Source: a virus (Duplodnaviria > Caudoviricetes). From it: 44,724 nt of DNA. The DNA lies in IMG/VR virus record IMGVR_UViG_3300005611_000056, positions 1 to 44,724 of that record. One strand, written 5' to 3'. Position numbers and translations under genes: made by a program. Below, one piece after another: positions 41,257-44,724 of the stretch; position 1 is the stretch's first letter; every line of letters begins with the position of its first letter. Below the pieces are notes generated by a model. The model was given only the letters and a program-made list of their open reading frames with translations, was not told where the DNA came from and searched no databases.

Positions 41257-44200
41257 ACATACCTTACGTTGACATACTTCTCACCCTGTCTGCGGGATCG
41301 CTCTCTCAGTTCTGTTCTGAACTCATTGATGGCAGCTTTCGTTTCTCCCTTTGTGTCTGTGTAGACATTGACTTCTGTATCTGAAGTCTGAACTGCAACA
41401 ATCAATTCTCTCAAGAGTCTTCGTACTTCTGGGTCTCCTGTTTGTCGGAGTGCAGACAAGTCTCCTGCATTCAAGGAGTTCAGTGTACCAATTCCAAGAG
41501 ACTCTACGGCCCCTCGACTCATGATGTATTCGCCTGGAGAGAGCATTGCTGGGATTGTGTCCATTGGGCCTGGTACTAAACCACCTTGTTGGAAGCCGTA
41601 TTTTTTAAAATTATTTATTTTTCCTGCCCAACTAGAAGTATATTTAGAATTATACCCAGCAGCAAAATCATACGCATATTGAGCATCAGCTTCATCTTCA
41701 TAAAACCTTAAAATATAAACAGTTTCTGCACCAAATGCGTGTTCATAATAAACTCCATATTTATAATCAGAATCTGGCGCTTTTTCTACCTTTAATGTAG
41801 ATGCTAAATCTTGAACTGATGGTTGGTAGTAATTTTCATCGTAAACAAAATCACGGTAACTTGCCCCCACCGCGCCAGGATCTGATATTGTATTTATTTC
41901 TGAAGAATATGTTCCTCCAGTAGAAAGAATGTCAATAATAGAAACTTTTAAAGAAGACAATGCTGAAGAAATGGAATTTAGATTTAATGAAAAATCATCT
42001 ATACTTGCTTGAATTGAATTTTGTGCTCCGCTTAAAGCTTCAGTAAAAGGAGAGGCGTCAAAAGTTGCGTATCCTTTGTATTCTTTTGGTGAGTTCTCAT
42101 TAGTCGAAAACCCTTGAGTATCAATACTCCATCCATTGTTAAATAAAAACTTAGTCCAACCATATCTGGTATACCAACTTGGTAAAGTTGATGTTGTTGT
42201 ATTAAACCCAATTGACGATGAACTATACCCACTATTTAATACAAAATAAGTCCAGCCATATAGTGTGTGCCAACTCGCAGCGCTTGTAGATGTTAGTTTA
42301 AATCCTTGTGAAGTCTGACTAATGCCATTGTTGAATAAAAACCTAGACCATCCGTATATAGTATGTGGATTTGCAGAAGAACTACTCCATCCTGAATACG
42401 CTGTACTATACCCACTATTCATAACAAAGAGAGCATATCCATACTTAACAGTAGGGCTTAATGAGTTTTGACTTATTCCGCTCAATGAAAGTGATACATA
42501 TCCATTTATCAGTCCTTCTGAATCTGAAAGCGTTTTTCCAATATCGTTAAATTTCATATTTAGTGATGCATATCCATTTATCAACCCTTTTGAATCACTT
42601 AAAGATAAGCCAATGCTTGTTGTTATAAGGTCTAGTTTTGCATATCCATTATGAAATCCTTCAGAATCAGTTAATGTTTCTCCAAATCCATCAAATACTG
42701 GTTTTAATGAAGCGTAAAGATTTATAGCAACAGCATCCCCCACATTTGTAGAAAAGGTAGCATTTGCAGAATATTCTTTAAATCCAGCATTAATCCTTTC
42801 CTGCTCTGTATCTACATTTGTGTCTAAACTTGCAGTAGCATCATACTCCTTAAAATTTAAAAGAATTGCTGAAAAGCTAGCTGTTCTAGTATATCCCTGC
42901 CATCCTGTTGTTTCTGTTATTTCTCCAAAATCTCCAGTAAATGTAGCAGTCGCACTATATCTTGCTACTCCAGTAAAATAGTCCCACCCAGTTATTGTTG
43001 CGGAAAATGTTGCTGTCTTTTCGTATTGTTGCCATCCAGAATTATCTGTAATTTGACCAAAATCAGGATCAAAAGTAATTTCCCCAAAGGCTTCTGCAAA
43101 ATTCAATTTGGTTGTACTTAAGCTGAAATTATCATTATTTAATTCAAGTGGAAGACTTACTGAAGACAAATCTACTGTAATAATATCATTGGTAATTTTC
43201 AGTGGAATTCCAAGTTCGTCTTGAATGATATCCAGTTTTTGATTTGCAAACGCTAGCCCTAGTCCATTCAGTTCAAAGATCAGGTCATTCAATGTTCCTG
43301 AAAGTTCCTCTGTAAGATCCTCTGTTGCATCAATAAAATCTTGTATCTCTGAAGTTGCTCCAGACACTGCTGTCTGAGGCATATTGAATCCTGCCTGTAC
43401 TCCAAGCAAAGAAAGGTCACTCAGGACATTGCTAAAGATTTGCTGAAAGGTTGAACTGGACTTGTACAAGTCTCTTGCTGTTCCAAGGTAGGTGTTTACA
43501 AATTGCTGAAGTTTTTCTATGTCTTCTTCAGTAGCATCAGGATCAAACGCAGAAGCCAACAAAGCTCCATAGGTATCTGAGGCCAACTCAAACTTCTGCA
43601 GGTATGGGTCAAGATTAAACTCTCCAAACAGTAAGTCCTGAACCTGGTCATACAAAGAGGTTATTAAATCGTTGATGCCTTCAACTGTTTTCTCAAAGGT
43701 ACTAAGAATTTCAGCCAATGTGTTTTGAGCACCTTGAAGATTCAATAACTCTTGTTCTCGCTCCATTGCTTCTACTTCACGCTCTCTTGCATCAATCAGC
43801 TTATTGATGATCCTTAACTTGTCCTGTACCGTTAAGTCTTCTCTGGCCCGAACATCCATGATCTCTTTTTCATACTTTATTGTAAGTTCTTGCTCCTTGG
43901 TAAGGTCATATCCACGGATATCTATATCTTGAGCCATCTGAGCGGTAGTTGCTGCACTGACTGCTTCAAAAGCTGCTTTAAATGCTGTTAGGTTTGACTG
44001 AAGTGCCGTCTTCTTTGCTGGATCAGATACTGCATCAATTGCATTTTGAAACTCTGTAACTTGATTGGTAAATGAGTCCAACCCTTTAGTAACCTGATCC
44101 ATTGGAGCAGTTGCCATTCTTTGAAAAGAAAGGATGGACTCTTCTAAATCTTCTGTTGCACTTCTAATTTCACTACCAACCAATGCTTCAAAATATTCTT

Positions 44201-44724
44201 CTTGTGCCTTGGAAAATGCTTCCATTTGCTTTCTCGCTTCTTCAGCCTTTTCTGAAGAAAGGAAAGTCAATCCATACTCCAATTCCTGCATTACTGCACG
44301 AACACCTTTAATTGTCTCAAGACCTGCTGCCAATGGAGATTGACTCTCTTGATTCAACTTTTCAGTTTCTGAAATAATACTCTTTGTTTCCTCATCAATT
44401 CCTTCAAGAATCTTCTCAAAAGTCTTTCGTACTGCTTCCTCTGCTTTTGCTTTAATCTCTGCTGAAGTTAAAGGAACTGTTCTTTCAACAGTTTTCCAGG
44501 TCAATGCAACTTGCTTGGTAACCCACTTGAATCCTTGAACAATATTCCCAGTTAAGTACTGATAATTGATATAAGTATCTGGAACTTCTTCTGTGTAGGT
44601 TTTAGTTGCCCCTTCAAACGCCTCGGTTGTTTCATTGTAAATTGTTCTAAAATCCTTCTTCCCTGCCATTACTCCACTTGCAGCAAAATCCGTATAGAAT
44701 TTGCCCATAATGTCTTCCAAAGCT
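41253..44724 (-). CDS. tail tape measure protein, C-terminal part (5' end outside the window)
   Basis: Long helical A/E/Q-rich region; GFQQGGLVPG..DTIPAMLSPGEYIM...V...G...LNSLN C-terminal motif. Confidence 0.85.
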   Translation of the reverse strand, partial: ALEDIMGKFYTDFAASGVMAGKKDFRTIYNETTEAFEGATKTYTEEVPDTYINYQYLTGNIVQGFKWVTKQVALTWKTVERTVPLTSAEIKAKAEEAVRKTFEKILEGIDEETKSIISETEKLNQESQSPLAAGLETIKGVRAVMQELEYGLTFLSSEKAEEARKQMEAFSKAQEEYFEALVGSEIRSATEDLEESILSFQRMATAPMDQVTKGLDSFTNQVTEFQNAIDAVSDPAKKTALQSNLTAFKAAFEAVSAATTAQMAQDIDIRGYDLTKEQELTIKYEKEIMDVRAREDLTVQDKLRIINKLIDAREREVEAMEREQELLNLQGAQNTLAEILSTFEKTVEGINDLITSLYDQVQDLLFGEFNLDPYLQKFELASDTYGALLASAFDPDATEEDIEKLQQFVNTYLGTARDLYKSSSTFQQIFSNVLSDLSLLGVQAGFNMPQTAVSGATSEIQDFIDATEDLTEELSGTLNDLIFELNGLGLAFANQKLDIIQDELGIPLKITNDIITVDLSSVSLPLELNNDNFSLSTTKLNFAEAFGEITFDPDFGQITDNSGWQQYEKTATFSATITGWDYFTGVARYSATATFTGDFGEITETTGWQGYTRTASFSAILLNFKEYDATASLDTNVDTEQERINAGFKEYSANATFSTNVGDAVAINLYASLKPVFDGFGETLTDSEGFHNGYAKLDLITTSIGLSLSDSKGLINGYASLNMKFNDIGKTLSDSEGLINGYVSLSLSGISQNSLSPTVKYGYALFVMNSGYSTAYSGWSSSSANPHTIYGWSRFLFNNGISQTSQGFKLTSTSAASWHTLYGWTYFVLNSGYSSSSIGFNTTTSTLPSWYTRYGWTKFLFNNGWSIDTQGFSTNENSPKEYKGYATFDASPFTEALSGAQNSIQASIDDFSLNLNSISSALSSLKVSIIDILSTGGTYSSEINTISDPGAVGASYRDFVYDENYYQPSVQDLASTLKVEKAPDSDYKYGVYYEHAFGAETVYILRFYEDEADAQYAYDFAAGYNSKYTSSWAGKINNFKKYGFQQGGLVPGPMDTIPAMLSPGEYIMSRGAVESLGIGTLNSLNAGDLSALRQTGDPEVRRLLRELIVAVQTSDTEVNVYTDTKGETKAAINEFRTELRERSRRQGEKYVNVRYV

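Overview
About 44.7 kb of a tailed dsDNA phage genome, probably long-tailed and resembling marine phages in gene content. No capsid, portal, terminase large subunit, integrase or DNA polymerase is visible in the window. Layout: (i) 1-3000 is mostly non-coding, with an AT-rich tract, a 17-unit array of exact 19-bp period (core GGTGCTT), phased TGACGG motifs and a palindrome cluster, beside a RAMA-like DNA-binding gene. (ii) 3000-14300 (+) is an early region driven by repeated TTGCA-N17-19-TATAAT promoters. It encodes small proteins including a DUF1874/AcrIII-1-like protein with altered catalytic motifs, a second RAMA-like protein, a MoxR/CobS-type AAA+ ATPase with a vWA partner, HTH proteins, VRR-NUC and an SSB-like protein with a possible -1 frameshift. 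(iii) 14300-21100 (-) covers replication and recombination (ERF, DnaB, RecE-like exonuclease, ThyX, Mrr_N-like wHTH). (iv) 21170-23800 (+) holds regulators behind a ~250-nt structured leader. (v) 23770-44724 (-) is a late arm: tape measure, tail proteins, tail-fibre cassettes with deletion-scar mini-genes, and lysis genes interleaved with SqdB, a glycosyltransferase, a metallophosphoesterase, a SET protein and an ATE/Bpt-like transferase. All family calls come from motif recognition by eye; no database search was run.
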